NCBI GenBank assembly: GCA_965221775.1
Contig: CBDCSU010000004.1
Coordinates: forward strand, 672,001 to 736,000
Direction: 5' to 3'
DNA from: Candidatus Latescibacterota bacterium
Lineage (GTDB): Bacteria; Latescibacterota; UBA2968; UBA8231
Length of the DNA stretch: 64,000 nucleotides
Shown: positions 49,640-58,960 of the stretch, one piece after another
Position numbering within the stretch: position 1 is the first letter of the stretch
Layout of the letters: the number at the start of each line of letters is the position of its first letter
Made by a program: the position numbers and the translations under genes
The notes under the pieces: generated by a model
What the model saw: only the letters and a program-made list of their open reading frames with translations
Told to the model about the DNA's origin: nothing
Database searches by the model: none

Positions 49640-52600
49640 CTACGCAGAGGCAAGGTCCCGGGAGAACCCCGTTCCGGGCTTCACTTGTTCGATGGCCTCG
49701 TCGATGTTCTTCACTCTGTGGAGGATTTCCGGGAAGGCCTTGGCGGTGAAGGCATAGGGGGGACGATCCGTCTCCAGGATGGCGCACATGTGGAGATTGG
49801 ACAAGGCCGTGTCCAGAGCCGCTCCCGGAACCTCCAGGCCGGCGCGCCGCAAACCCTCTTCCAGCCCTTCCCGCGACAGCCCGGGGCCGCCAGGCGCCTC
49901 GGCCATGACCAGGGTCACGGTGCGTTCGAGGGGATCGCCCTGGCCCCAGATGGTCTCGATGAACTCGGCCTGGAACTCGCCCGAATCGAGCACGCTCTGG
50001 CAGTGGTACGGGGTGACCCGCCGGCTCTGCTCGCGGGCCATGCGGCGCACGAGCCGGTCGCACAGGTACTGGATGATGCGCGGATGGCAGGAGGAGACAC
50101 CGAGAATCCGTCCCACGAGGTCTTCGGCATCGACCAGCTCTATGTCCATCAGCTCCATGGGCTCGACGACGATGCGCCGGGCATTGGCCGGATCGAGATA
50201 GCGCAGAGGCAGGGCGTCACAGAAATTGAGCATGGGCGAGGCCAGGTCGTGGAGCTGACCGTGGAGAATGCGCTCACCGCTGAACACGAAGCGGCACTTG
50301 CCCTCTTCCGACAGGGCCCTGAAGGTCTTGAAGAGGAGCTCGTCGTGATGGGTGTCAAAGCGCAGCAGGGCGTCCATCTCGTCCATGAGGAAGACGATCG
50401 TCTTCTCCTCTTCCTCGTATAGCCGGGTGATGAGCTGGTGGAAGCGCTCGGGCTCCTCCCCCTCCACCTGCAGGCCCCAGTTGCTGCGCACGTGGGCGAA
50501 GAAAGCCTGGTAGTTGGTCACCGCCTGATAGTTGGCGTAGAAGGGCCGGTAGTCGCTGGCGGGAAGCCTGAAGGTGCGGTACACCTTCTGCAACACGGAA
50601 GTCTTGCCGATGCGGCGCCCCCCGACGATGCCGATGTTCTTGGTATGGAGCGTCTGGACGATGGTCTTGATCTCCTCTTCGCGGCCGAAGAAGATCGTGT
50701 CCGGCACAGGTCCCGTCGTGACATAGGGAGAGACGACGATGAGATCGACCTGTTGCAGCACCGGGCGCATGAAGACACGGTGGCGGAAGTGGTCGGTGGA
50801 AGCGGCGATCCTCCTGATCTCCGCCTGGCTCAGAACTATGAAGTCGTATCCCAGGCCCTGGGCCTGGGTCCTGATGGTGAAGCGGGCCTCCAGCTCGTTC
50901 AGGTAGACCACCACCAGGGCAAAGCGGCCGATGAGCCCGAAGGACTCCATCAAGGTCCGCAGATGGGACAGGTCCTCCGCCTCGAAGACCGGGCGCTGGA
51001 GGAAGATCAGGGGAAAGGGTGATGGGATCTTGGCGCCCCGCAGCGATGTGGTGTGGACGACAGTGCCCCAGAAAGGCCCACTCCGCCGGCCCGCTTCCTC
51101 GTCCACGGTGAAGCCCAGGGTCCTGCACAGCAGGTCGGCCCCCTGTCCCGCGGCCTCGGCAAAGGCCCGGAGCGCGGACGGACGGCTGGCGTTCAGCAGG
51201 CCGAGCCCCTGTCGCCAGTGCTCGTCGAACTGCCGCAGAACCTGGCGCTGCGCCGGGGCAAAGGCGATGTGCTCGCCGTCGACCTCCAGGTCGAACTCCT
51301 CGTGTTCGGCCATGTAGCGCTGTCCGGCGTACGAGCGGTGGATGCGGGGAATGCCCCCCAGGTGAAACCGGCCCACCGATCTCCCATCCTCGTGCGGGCC
51401 GGTCCCCTGGTCGAGATCGTCGTTCCACACTCCGAGGAGCCCTTCCTCGATCTGCCGGTCCCAATTGGGGTAGCTGCGCCGCCGGTCCTCCTTCACCTGC
51501 CGCTGGCGCCGGATGCGGTACCCCAGACAGGCGGCGACCAGCAGGGCTGCCCCGCTGCCCGCCACGATCCGGTCCCAGGGCCGCGCGGTGGGCGGCGGCT
51601 TCAAGCGTGCCCGGACGGGCTCCTGGCGGTTGGAGCCATCCACGGTGAGCTCCTTCTTCCAGACCGCCTCTCCCTTGCTGACCCGCAGGGTGTGGGTGCC
51701 CGGTTCCAGGAAGACCTCCACCGGCGTCGTCAGGTCGACCAGGCGGTCGTCGATCCACACCTGGGAGTGGAGGGAGTCGGAATCGATGACCAGGGTCGCA
51801 CCGGCCAGGGGCAGACTGCGGAACAGGCGATTGGCCGGCTGCAGACGGGGCCGTGCCGTCTCTCGGAGCCGGCCCAGCTCGTGCAGCGACTCGTACACCT
51901 CGCCCAACCTCACCACGTGGTCGGCCTCCCGCAGCTGCGCGGCCAGAGGCACGGTGAACACGCCCTCCCGGATCGCCTCGGCCGGACCGCCGGCGCTGAG
52001 CACGGCGGCGTCTGCCGGCAGGTAGTCGGTCCGGGTGATGCCGTCCAGGAAGCCGGCTTCCGCCATTTTCTCCAAGGGGCTCGTCACACCCTTGTCCGAC
52101 AGCCCGTCGCCGGTGTACCCGGCGTCGATGGCGACGACCGTGTAGCGCCCCCGCAGTCTGCGCAACTGGCGCCCCAACTCGTCGTCGCGCCAGTACGTGT
52201 CCGTCTGTCCATGGACGGCATCGACCAACAGCAGGCACTCGTCGAGCCGGTCCGGTTCCATATCCGGATAGAGGTCGTCCCTTGTGCGTGTGCCGCGGCC
52301 TGAGAAATAGAAGAAGACCAGGTCCTCCTCCCCCACCTGGTCGGACAGACGGGCGAAGAGCGTTTGCAGGGAGGCCCGGGTGGCCTCGGAGTCGACCAGG
52401 CTGCTGATGCGCTCGGGGTCAAAGGCGGCGCCCTCGATCAGGGCCTGCCGCACGAGTTCGACATCGAGCGGGGCTCGCTCCAGGGGTTGGAAGCCCGAGT
52501 CGGGACCATAGGCTCCGACACCGACCAGAATGGCCCAGCGTTGGCGGAAGGAGAGGTGCTCGTACTGGCTGCTGGCCGCGGCATCGGCCAGCGGCAGGGC

Positions 52601-52666
52601 CAGGATCAACGTCAACACGCCTGTCAGGCGGCACCGAGGGCCTGGGACGGCAAGTCCCTGGGTCAT
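49640..52666 (-). CDS. membrane receptor-like protein: exported pseudo-caspase and PEGA, one TM helix, cytoplasmic alpha/beta domain and STAND-type NTPase
   Basis: signal peptide; FYFSGRG, IDAGYTG; TM at ~51511-51570 followed by RIRRQRQ; SPYVTTGPV..FFGRE, GGRRIGKTS, LMDEMD, HPRIIQ; GGAGG RBS before ATG 52666. Confidence 0.85.
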   Translation of the reverse strand: MTQGLAVPGPRCRLTGVLTLILALPLADAAASSQYEHLSFRQRWAILVGVGAYGPDSGFQPLERAPLDVELVRQALIEGAAFDPERISSLVDSEATRASLQTLFARLSDQVGEEDLVFFYFSGRGTRTRDDLYPDMEPDRLDECLLLVDAVHGQTDTYWRDDELGRQLRRLRGRYTVVAIDAGYTGDGLSDKGVTSPLEKMAEAGFLDGITRTDYLPADAAVLSAGGPAEAIREGVFTVPLAAQLREADHVVRLGEVYESLHELGRLRETARPRLQPANRLFRSLPLAGATLVIDSDSLHSQVWIDDRLVDLTTPVEVFLEPGTHTLRVSKGEAVWKKELTVDGSNRQEPVRARLKPPPTARPWDRIVAGSGAALLVAACLGYRIRRQRQVKEDRRRSYPNWDRQIEEGLLGVWNDDLDQGTGPHEDGRSVGRFHLGGIPRIHRSYAGQRYMAEHEEFDLEVDGEHIAFAPAQRQVLRQFDEHWRQGLGLLNASRPSALRAFAEAAGQGADLLCRTLGFTVDEEAGRRSGPFWGTVVHTTSLRGAKIPSPFPLIFLQRPVFEAEDLSHLRTLMESFGLIGRFALVVVYLNELEARFTIRTQAQGLGYDFIVLSQAEIRRIAASTDHFRHRVFMRPVLQQVDLIVVSPYVTTGPVPDTIFFGREEEIKTIVQTLHTKNIGIVGGRRIGKTSVLQKVYRTFRLPASDYRPFYANYQAVTNYQAFFAHVRSNWGLQVEGEEPERFHQLITRLYEEEEKTIVFLMDEMDALLRFDTHHDELLFKTFRALSEEGKCRFVFSGERILHGQLHDLASPMLNFCDALPLRYLDPANARRIVVEPMELMDIELVDAEDLVGRILGVSSCHPRIIQYLCDRLVRRMAREQSRRVTPYHCQSVLDSGEFQAEFIETIWGQGDPLERTVTLVMAEAPGGPGLSREGLEEGLRRAGLEVPGAALDTALSNLHMCAILETDRPPYAFTAKAFPEILHRVKNIDEAIEQVKPGTGFSRDLASA

Positions 52667-52732
52667 GGCCGCCTCCGCGTGCCGGCGTGGTCCGAGTCCG
52701 AGGGTGAGGAGGTCTGCATGTTCAGCCAAGCT

Positions 52733-52748
52733 AGCAATATGCGTGCCG
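52733..52748 (-). promoter_or_regulatory. sigma54 -24/-12 promoter of the receptor operon
   Basis: minus strand CGGCACGCATATTGCT = GG-N10-GC, matches TGGCACG-N4-TTGCW. Confidence 0.8.
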
Positions 52749-52821
52749 GCGACAAACCGCTCGAAAACGTCCAACGGCGGGGCATGTAGCGTGCGGCGGC
52801 CAGCCTGGCTCGCCGGACTTC

Positions 52822-52877
52822 ATGCGGTTTTCTGGACAGGGCAGCCCCGGATCGGTCGTCTGTCCGATTTTCCGGAC
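52822..52877. promoter_or_regulatory. putative enhancer (bEBP) boxes
   Basis: (T)GTCCG-attttc-CGGAC(A) at 52862-52877 and degenerate ATGCG-gttttc-TGGAC at 52822-52837. Confidence 0.62.
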
Positions 52878-52984
52878 AGCCGCCGCTCGGGCTTGACCGT
52901 TCTTGCGGAAACGGCCTGTATCGGGGCATGCGGTGTGCCCCACCGCGTCGCCGGAGATCAGAGCCTGCTCCCTGCCAGCAAGCC

Positions 52985-54652
52985 ATGAGCACGACCGACC
53001 TGCACATTCAGCTCGACCTGCGGATCCCCATGCGCGACGGCGTCGAGCTGTACGCCGCCCTGTACCGCCCTCGCCACGGGGAGCGGTTCCCGGTGCTGCT
53101 GATCCGCTCGCCCTACAGCACCCAGCGTCAGCGCTACGTCGACTGGTCCGTGCGCTTCGCCGCCGCCGGCTACGCCGTGGTCATGCAGGACTGCCGCGGC
53201 CGCTACGAGTCGGAGGGCAAGTGGCGGCCCTACATCGATGAGACCGACGACGGCTACGACACCTGCCAGTGGCTCGGGGCCCAGCCCTGGTGCGACGGCC
53301 ACATCGGCACCTTCGGCGTCTCCTACCCCGGCTTCACGCAGATCCTGCCCGCCCACCTGCGCAGCCCGTACGTGAAGGGCCTGGTGCCGATCGCCAACCA
53401 GGAGGACAACTACGGGCACATGCGCTGCGACGGCGTCCTGCAGCTGCAGAACGCGATGAACTTCATCTGGCTCGGGGACCGCACCAACCAGGACGCGCCC
53501 CGGGACCTGATCGACTGGGACGAGGTCTACCGCCGCCTGCCGCTGGTGAGCGCCCTCGACGACCTCGGCGAGCGCCCCTTCTACCGGGAGATCGTGCGCC
53601 ACAGCCGCTTCGACGAGTTCTGGACCTCGTACAGCATGAAGGAGCGCTATCCCGAGGTGGAGACGCCGGCGTACTTCATCACCGGCTGGTACGACAACCT
53701 GCTCCACGAGGGCTTCAAGTGCTTCCACGGCTTCCGCAACCGCGCCCGCGAGCCGGCCCGCCGGCACACCCGACTCCTCGTGGGGCCCTGGACCCACACC
53801 GCCATCGGCGACAGCGCCCCCTTCGGCGACATCGGCTTCGGCGCCGAGGCGGCCGTCGACATCCCCGCCGAGCACCTGCGCTGGTACGACCAGCGGCTGC
53901 GGGGCATCGACACCGGGATCGACGACGAGCCGCCGGTGCGGATCTTCGTGATGGGCGCCAACCGCTGGCGCACCGGCCACGAGTGGCCCCTGGCCGGCAC
54001 CCGCTGCACCCCCTTCTACCTGCGCGGCTCGGGACGGGCCAACTCCCTCTTCGGCGACGGCCGCCTGTCGACGCGGGCCCCGGCCGAGGCGGAACCGCCC
54101 GACACCTTCACCTACGACCCGGAGGACCCGGTGCCGACCTGGGGCGGGCAGAGCATGTTCGTTGAGAACACGGGCCCCCGGGACCGCCGGCCCATGCAGC
54201 GGCGCGACGATGTCCTGGTCTACACCAGCGATCCCCTGGAGCAGGACCTGGAGGTCACCGGGCCGGTGGAGCTGGTCCTCCACGCCGCCTCGGACGCGCC
54301 GGACACCGACTTCACCGCCACCCTGGTGGACGTGCACCCCGGCGGCGCGGCGATCCACCTGTGCGAGGGGATCGTGCGCGCCCGCTTCCGCGAGTCCTTC
54401 ACCGAGCCGAGCCTCATCGAGCCGGGGCGCGCATACGAGTACCGCATCCGCCTGTGGGAGACGAGCAACCTCTTCCGCCGCGGCCACCGCATCCGCCTGG
54501 AGGTCTCGAGCAGCAACTTCCCGCGCTTCGACCGCAACCTCAACACCGGCGCGGACCCGGCCGACGACGACCAGCCGAGGCCGGCCGCGCAGACGGTGTA
54601 CCACGACCCCGCGCGCCCGTCCCACCTGATCCTGCCCGTGATGCCCGCGTGA
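52985..54652 (+). CDS. CocE/NonD family serine hydrolase
   Basis: IPMRDGVEL, RSPY, QDCRGRYESEG, GVSYPG nucleophile, GWYD, GPWTH, VSSSNFPRFDRN. Confidence 0.95.
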   Translation: MSTTDLHIQLDLRIPMRDGVELYAALYRPRHGERFPVLLIRSPYSTQRQRYVDWSVRFAAAGYAVVMQDCRGRYESEGKWRPYIDETDDGYDTCQWLGAQPWCDGHIGTFGVSYPGFTQILPAHLRSPYVKGLVPIANQEDNYGHMRCDGVLQLQNAMNFIWLGDRTNQDAPRDLIDWDEVYRRLPLVSALDDLGERPFYREIVRHSRFDEFWTSYSMKERYPEVETPAYFITGWYDNLLHEGFKCFHGFRNRAREPARRHTRLLVGPWTHTAIGDSAPFGDIGFGAEAAVDIPAEHLRWYDQRLRGIDTGIDDEPPVRIFVMGANRWRTGHEWPLAGTRCTPFYLRGSGRANSLFGDGRLSTRAPAEAEPPDTFTYDPEDPVPTWGGQSMFVENTGPRDRRPMQRRDDVLVYTSDPLEQDLEVTGPVELVLHAASDAPDTDFTATLVDVHPGGAAIHLCEGIVRARFRESFTEPSLIEPGRAYEYRIRLWETSNLFRRGHRIRLEVSSSNFPRFDRNLNTGADPADDDQPRPAAQTVYHDPARPSHLILPVMPA

Positions 54653-56742
54653 GTTCGAGGGCGGTGCGCATCGGCGCCGACGTGGGCGGCACCTTCACCG
54701 ACGTCGTCCTCATCGACGGCGAGGGCCGGGTCCACACCCACAAGGCGCCCTCCACCCCGCCCGGGTACGAGCGCGGCGTCCTCGACGCCGTGGCCCATCT
54801 CCTCGAGACGGCGGAGACCGGCGGCGGTCAGGTGCGGCAGGTCGCCCACGGGACGACGGTGGCCACCAACGCCGTCCTCGAGCGCCGCGGGGCGCGCACG
54901 GCCCTGGTCACGACCCGCGGCTTCCGGGACGTCCTCGAGCTGCGCCGCATCCGGGCGCCGCAGATCTACGACCTGTTCTTCACCAAGCCGCCGCCCCTGG
55001 TGGAGCGCTCCCTGCGGATCGAGGCGGACGAGCGCATGGCCGCCGACGGAGAGGTGCTGGAGCCGCTCACCGAGGCAGGCCTGGATGAGCTGGTCGAGCG
55101 GCTGCGGGGCGAGGCCGTGGAGTCGGTGGCCGTCTGCCTGCTCCACTCCTACGCCTGGCCGGCCCACGAGGAGGCCGTCGGCGAGCGCCTCCGCCGCGAC
55201 TTGGCCGGCGTCCCGGTGTCGCTGTCGTGCGAGGTCCTGCCCGAGCGCAAGGAGTACGAGCGCTCGGCCACGACCGTGGTCAACGCCTACGTCCGCCCGG
55301 TGATGGAGCGCTATCTCGGGTCGATGCGCGCCGGCCTGGGCCGCCTCGGGGCCGAGGCGCCGCTGCTGATCATGCAGTCCGCCGGGGGTCTCACGCCCGA
55401 GGCGGACGCGGCCACGCGGCCGGTCTTCGCCCTGGAGTCGGGCCCGGCCGCCGGGGTCCTGGCCGCGGCCCTGACCTGCGAAGCGGCGGGCGAGCCGAAC
55501 CTGATCACCCTGGACATGGGCGGCACCACCGCCAAGGCGTCGATCATCGAGGAGGGCGAACTCTCCTACAGCCCCCAGTACGAGGTCGGGGCGTCGCTGT
55601 CTACAGGGGGCCGGCTGCTGGGCGGCGCCGGGGAGCTGATCCGGGCGCCGAGCATCGACATCGCCGAGGTCGGCGCCGGCGGCGGCAGCGTCGCCTGGCT
55701 GGACCGGGCCGGCGGCCTCCAGGTGGGGCCGCGCAGTGCCGGCGCCGTGCCCGGCCCGGTCTGCTACGGCCGCGGCGGCACCGAGCCGACCCTGACCGAC
55801 GCCAACGTCGTCCTCGGGTACATCCGCGGCGGCGAGCTGGCCGGGGGCGAGGTGAGCATCGACCCGGAAGCCGCGCACCGGGCGGTCCACGACCGCATCG
55901 CCGCCCCCCTCTCCCTGGGCCTGCTGGAGGCGGCCGAGGGCATCCACCGCATCGCCAACGCCCGCACCATGCGGGCCTTGCGCTCGGTCTCCACCGAGCG
56001 CGGGCGCGACCCCCGGGAGTTCGCCCTCATGGCCTTCGGCGGGGCGGGGCCCGTGCATGCCGCCGGCCTCGGGCGGGAGCTGGGGATCGGCCGCCTCTAC
56101 GTGCCCCCCATGCCGGGGCTGTTCAGCGCCTTCGGCCTGCTGTTCTCCGGCGTCGAGCACCACGCCGTGCGCAGCTGCCTGCTCTCCGGGGAGGAGCTGC
56201 GCGCCGGGCCGATCCAGCGGCTCCGGGACGAGCTGGCGGCGGAGCTGGTCGAGCGCTTCGCCGGGGAGGGCTTCGCCGCCGGCGAGGTGAGCCTGAGCGC
56301 CGGGGTCGACGTGCGCTTCCGCGGACAGACCTCCGACATCGCCGTCCCCCTGGCCGCGGAGGTCCTCACCGCCGAGGGCCTGGACCGGGCGCGGGCGGCC
56401 TTCGTCGCCGAGCACGAGCGCCTCTACGGGCACCGCTCCGATCCCGCCAACCCGGTGGAGGTCACCGCCGTGCGCGTGGTCGGCCGGGCCGGGGAGCGGG
56501 GCCTGCCCGGCACCCTGGAGGCGGCCCGGACCGCCCCCGGCGAGGGCAGCCGCCCGGCCTGCTTCGACCCCCGGGAGGGGGCGGTGGAGACCCGCGTGGC
56601 GGCGAGGCGGGACCTGGCGGACGGGGACGAGGGCCCACTGCTGATCGACGAGTACGACTCGACGATCGTCGTGCCCCCCGGGGTGGGGGTGAGGACCGAC
56701 GATCTGGGCAACATCGTCATGGAGCTGCCGCGAGAGAGATGA
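54649..56742 (+). CDS. hydantoinase/oxoprolinase subunit A
   Basis: DVGGTFTD, HGTTVATN, SGPAAG, DMGGTT, GAGGGS, FGGAG; GTGA coupling. Confidence 0.95.
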   Translation: MSSRAVRIGADVGGTFTDVVLIDGEGRVHTHKAPSTPPGYERGVLDAVAHLLETAETGGGQVRQVAHGTTVATNAVLERRGARTALVTTRGFRDVLELRRIRAPQIYDLFFTKPPPLVERSLRIEADERMAADGEVLEPLTEAGLDELVERLRGEAVESVAVCLLHSYAWPAHEEAVGERLRRDLAGVPVSLSCEVLPERKEYERSATTVVNAYVRPVMERYLGSMRAGLGRLGAEAPLLIMQSAGGLTPEADAATRPVFALESGPAAGVLAAALTCEAAGEPNLITLDMGGTTAKASIIEEGELSYSPQYEVGASLSTGGRLLGGAGELIRAPSIDIAEVGAGGGSVAWLDRAGGLQVGPRSAGAVPGPVCYGRGGTEPTLTDANVVLGYIRGGELAGGEVSIDPEAAHRAVHDRIAAPLSLGLLEAAEGIHRIANARTMRALRSVSTERGRDPREFALMAFGGAGPVHAAGLGRELGIGRLYVPPMPGLFSAFGLLFSGVEHHAVRSCLLSGEELRAGPIQRLRDELAAELVERFAGEGFAAGEVSLSAGVDVRFRGQTSDIAVPLAAEVLTAEGLDRARAAFVAEHERLYGHRSDPANPVEVTAVRVVGRAGERGLPGTLEAARTAPGEGSRPACFDPREGAVETRVAARRDLADGDEGPLLIDEYDSTIVVPPGVGVRTDDLGNIVMELPRER

Positions 56743-58466
56743 CCCGCACCGATCCGATCACCCGCGAGATCGTCCGGAACGCCCTCGCCTCGGCCGCCGA
56801 CGAGATGGCCGTCGCCCTCTACCGGACCGCCTACTCCACCGTGGTGCGCGACTGCCTCGACTACTCCACCTCCCTGTGCGACGCCGACGGCGAGATGATC
56901 GCCCAGGGGGTGACGATCCCCCTGCACCTGGGGGCGGTGCCGTACGCCATGGAGACCCTCTTCGCCCGCTTCGGCGACGACATCGATCCCGGCGACGTCT
57001 TCATCCTCAACGATCCCTTCGACGGCGGCATGCACATCCCCGACATCTTCGTGGTGCAGCCCGTCTTCCGGGAGGGGGAGCGGGTCGCCTTCGCCGTGAG
57101 CACCGCCCACCACCTGGACCTCGGCGGCCGCCTGCCGGGCAGCTCGGCGTGCGACAACACCGAGATCTTCCAGGACGGCCTGCGCATCCCCTGGCTCAAG
57201 CTCTACCGCCGCGGCGAGCCCGACGAGAGCCTCTTCACCTTGCTGAGGGCGAACGTCCGCGTGCCGCACATGACGATCGGCGACCTGCGGGCCCAGCTCG
57301 CCGCCTGCCACATGGGCGAGCGCGCCATCCACGAGCTGATCGACCGCTACGGGTGCGAGACCTTCCGGCGCTGCGCCGCCGACCTGATCGACTACACCGA
57401 GCGCCTGGTGCGCGCCGAGATCGCCTCCTGGCCCGACGGCAGCCAGACCTTCGTCGACCACATGGACGACGACGGCGTCGGCGGCGGCTCCGTGCGCCTG
57501 CAGGTCAAGATCACCGTTGACGGCGACCGGCTCACCGCCGACTTCACCGGCTCGGCGCCCCAGGTGCGCGGCGCTCTGAACAACACCCTCTCCTTCACCG
57601 CCTCGGTGGTGGGCCTGTGCGTGCGCTCGGTCCTGCGCGGGGAGGTGCCGAACACGTCGGGCATGTTCCGGCCCCTGGAGATCATCGCCCCCGAGGGGAC
57701 GGTGGTGCACGGGGCCATGCCCGCGGCCTCGTCCATGCGCGGGGTCACCGGCTTCCGCCTCGTCGACACGGTCCTGGGCGCTCTCTCCGGCCTGCTCCCC
57801 GACCGGGTGATGGCCGCCGGCGAGGGCGGCAACTCCCTCGTCGTCTTCGGCGGCGCCCGCGACGACGGCGAGCCCTACGTCTACTACGAGCTGATGTCGG
57901 GGACCTGGGGCGGGCGGCCGGACCGCGACGGCAACGACGGCCTGTGCAACCCCGCCAACGTGGCCAGCAACATCCCCGTGGAGCAGGCCGAGTCGGAGTA
58001 CCCCATCCGCATCGAGCGTTACGGGTACGTGCCCGACAGCGGCGGCGGCGGGACCTTCCGCGGCGGCCTCGGCCTGGAGCGGGAGTGGCGCCTGCTCTCC
58101 GGGGAGGCGCACCTGGCGATCCGCTCGGACCGCCGGCGGCACCCGCCGTACGGCCTCTACGGCGGGCGGCCGGGCCGGCCCTCCCACACGGTGCTCCACC
58201 GCGAGGGGGGCGAGGAGGTGCTGCCGACGATGATCTCCACGAGGATCGGCGCCGGCGAGCGCGTCCACCACCGGCAGGCCGGCGGCGGCGGCTGGGGCGA
58301 CCCCCTGGGCCGGGACCCGCGGGCGGTGGCCGACGACGTGCGCAACGGCAAGGTCAGCGCCGAGGCGGCGCGGAACGAGCACGGGGTGGTGCTGGAGGCG
58401 GGGACCGGGGAGGTGGATACGGCGGCTACGGAGGCCCTGCGCCGGCGGATGTCGGAGGAGGGATAG
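56739..58466 (+). CDS. hydantoinase/oxoprolinase subunit B
   Basis: RTAYS.VVRD, NDPFDGGMHIPD, HHLDLGG..PGS, DSGG.G.FRGG, GGGGWGDP; ATGA coupling. Confidence 0.95.
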   Translation: MTRTDPITREIVRNALASAADEMAVALYRTAYSTVVRDCLDYSTSLCDADGEMIAQGVTIPLHLGAVPYAMETLFARFGDDIDPGDVFILNDPFDGGMHIPDIFVVQPVFREGERVAFAVSTAHHLDLGGRLPGSSACDNTEIFQDGLRIPWLKLYRRGEPDESLFTLLRANVRVPHMTIGDLRAQLAACHMGERAIHELIDRYGCETFRRCAADLIDYTERLVRAEIASWPDGSQTFVDHMDDDGVGGGSVRLQVKITVDGDRLTADFTGSAPQVRGALNNTLSFTASVVGLCVRSVLRGEVPNTSGMFRPLEIIAPEGTVVHGAMPAASSMRGVTGFRLVDTVLGALSGLLPDRVMAAGEGGNSLVVFGGARDDGEPYVYYELMSGTWGGRPDRDGNDGLCNPANVASNIPVEQAESEYPIRIERYGYVPDSGGGGTFRGGLGLEREWRLLSGEAHLAIRSDRRRHPPYGLYGGRPGRPSHTVLHREGGEEVLPTMISTRIGAGERVHHRQAGGGGWGDPLGRDPRAVADDVRNGKVSAEAARNEHGVVLEAGTGEVDTAATEALRRRMSEEG

Positions 58467-58960
58467 ACCGCTTGGCGTCAGCCGCCGGGGGCTTTTCGCT
58501 ACGCATAAGGGACGGGAGGGCGGCCGCCCGCCGGCGCCCCCCCGGAGAGCCGGGGTAGACCCGACGTGGCCGGTTCATCCGGCGATGCCCGGACCTTCGC
58601 TGCGCGGAGGCAGGCATCGTCACGGAGAGTATGGGGTGCCGACCGCTGTCGACACCCCGGGTACCAGGGAAGACCCGGCTTGTCAGGCTCATCTGGCCGC
58701 CGGGGCCGACCTCCTGCTGCGCGCAGGCACGGTGGTGGACGGCACCGGACCGTTGGCCGCCGGCGTCCCGGAGAGCGGGTAGACTGACGTGACAGCTTCA
58801 CCCGGCCGTGTCGTGGAGGGCACGCGCCGACCGACGTCGACGACCCGGAGACCAGGGGGTAGACCCGACTTGACAGGCTCATCCGGCCGGCGGGCCGACC
58901 TCCTCCTGCGCGGAGGCACCGTGGTGGACGGCACCGGCGCGCTTCCGGTGGCCGCCGACG
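58452..58960 (+). repeat. degenerate tandem duplications of the deacylase translation-start region
   Basis: core ccggaga..ggggtagacccgac(t/g)tg.cagg.tcatccggc at ~58542, 58657, 58768 and 58845; copies 2 and 4 also share gccgacctcct.ctgcgcg.aggcac.gtggtggacggcaccgg. Confidence 0.8.

Larger units (their letters stand above)
33422..52880 (-). other. accessory island of two co-directional sigma54-type operons
   Basis: ten contiguous minus-strand genes with visibly more A/T-ending codons than the flanks; bounded by plus-strand catabolic operons; no integrase or att repeats seen. Confidence 0.65.

Noticed and set aside
52667-52774. Upstream in-frame start for the receptor ORF (and 39900-40061 for DUF4956)
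   Set aside because: These extensions overlap the sigma54 promoters; the downstream ATGs have clear RBSs and appropriate N-termini
58452-58960. Possible CRISPR array
   Set aside because: Repeats are degenerate, unevenly spaced and derived from coding sequence; no cas genes
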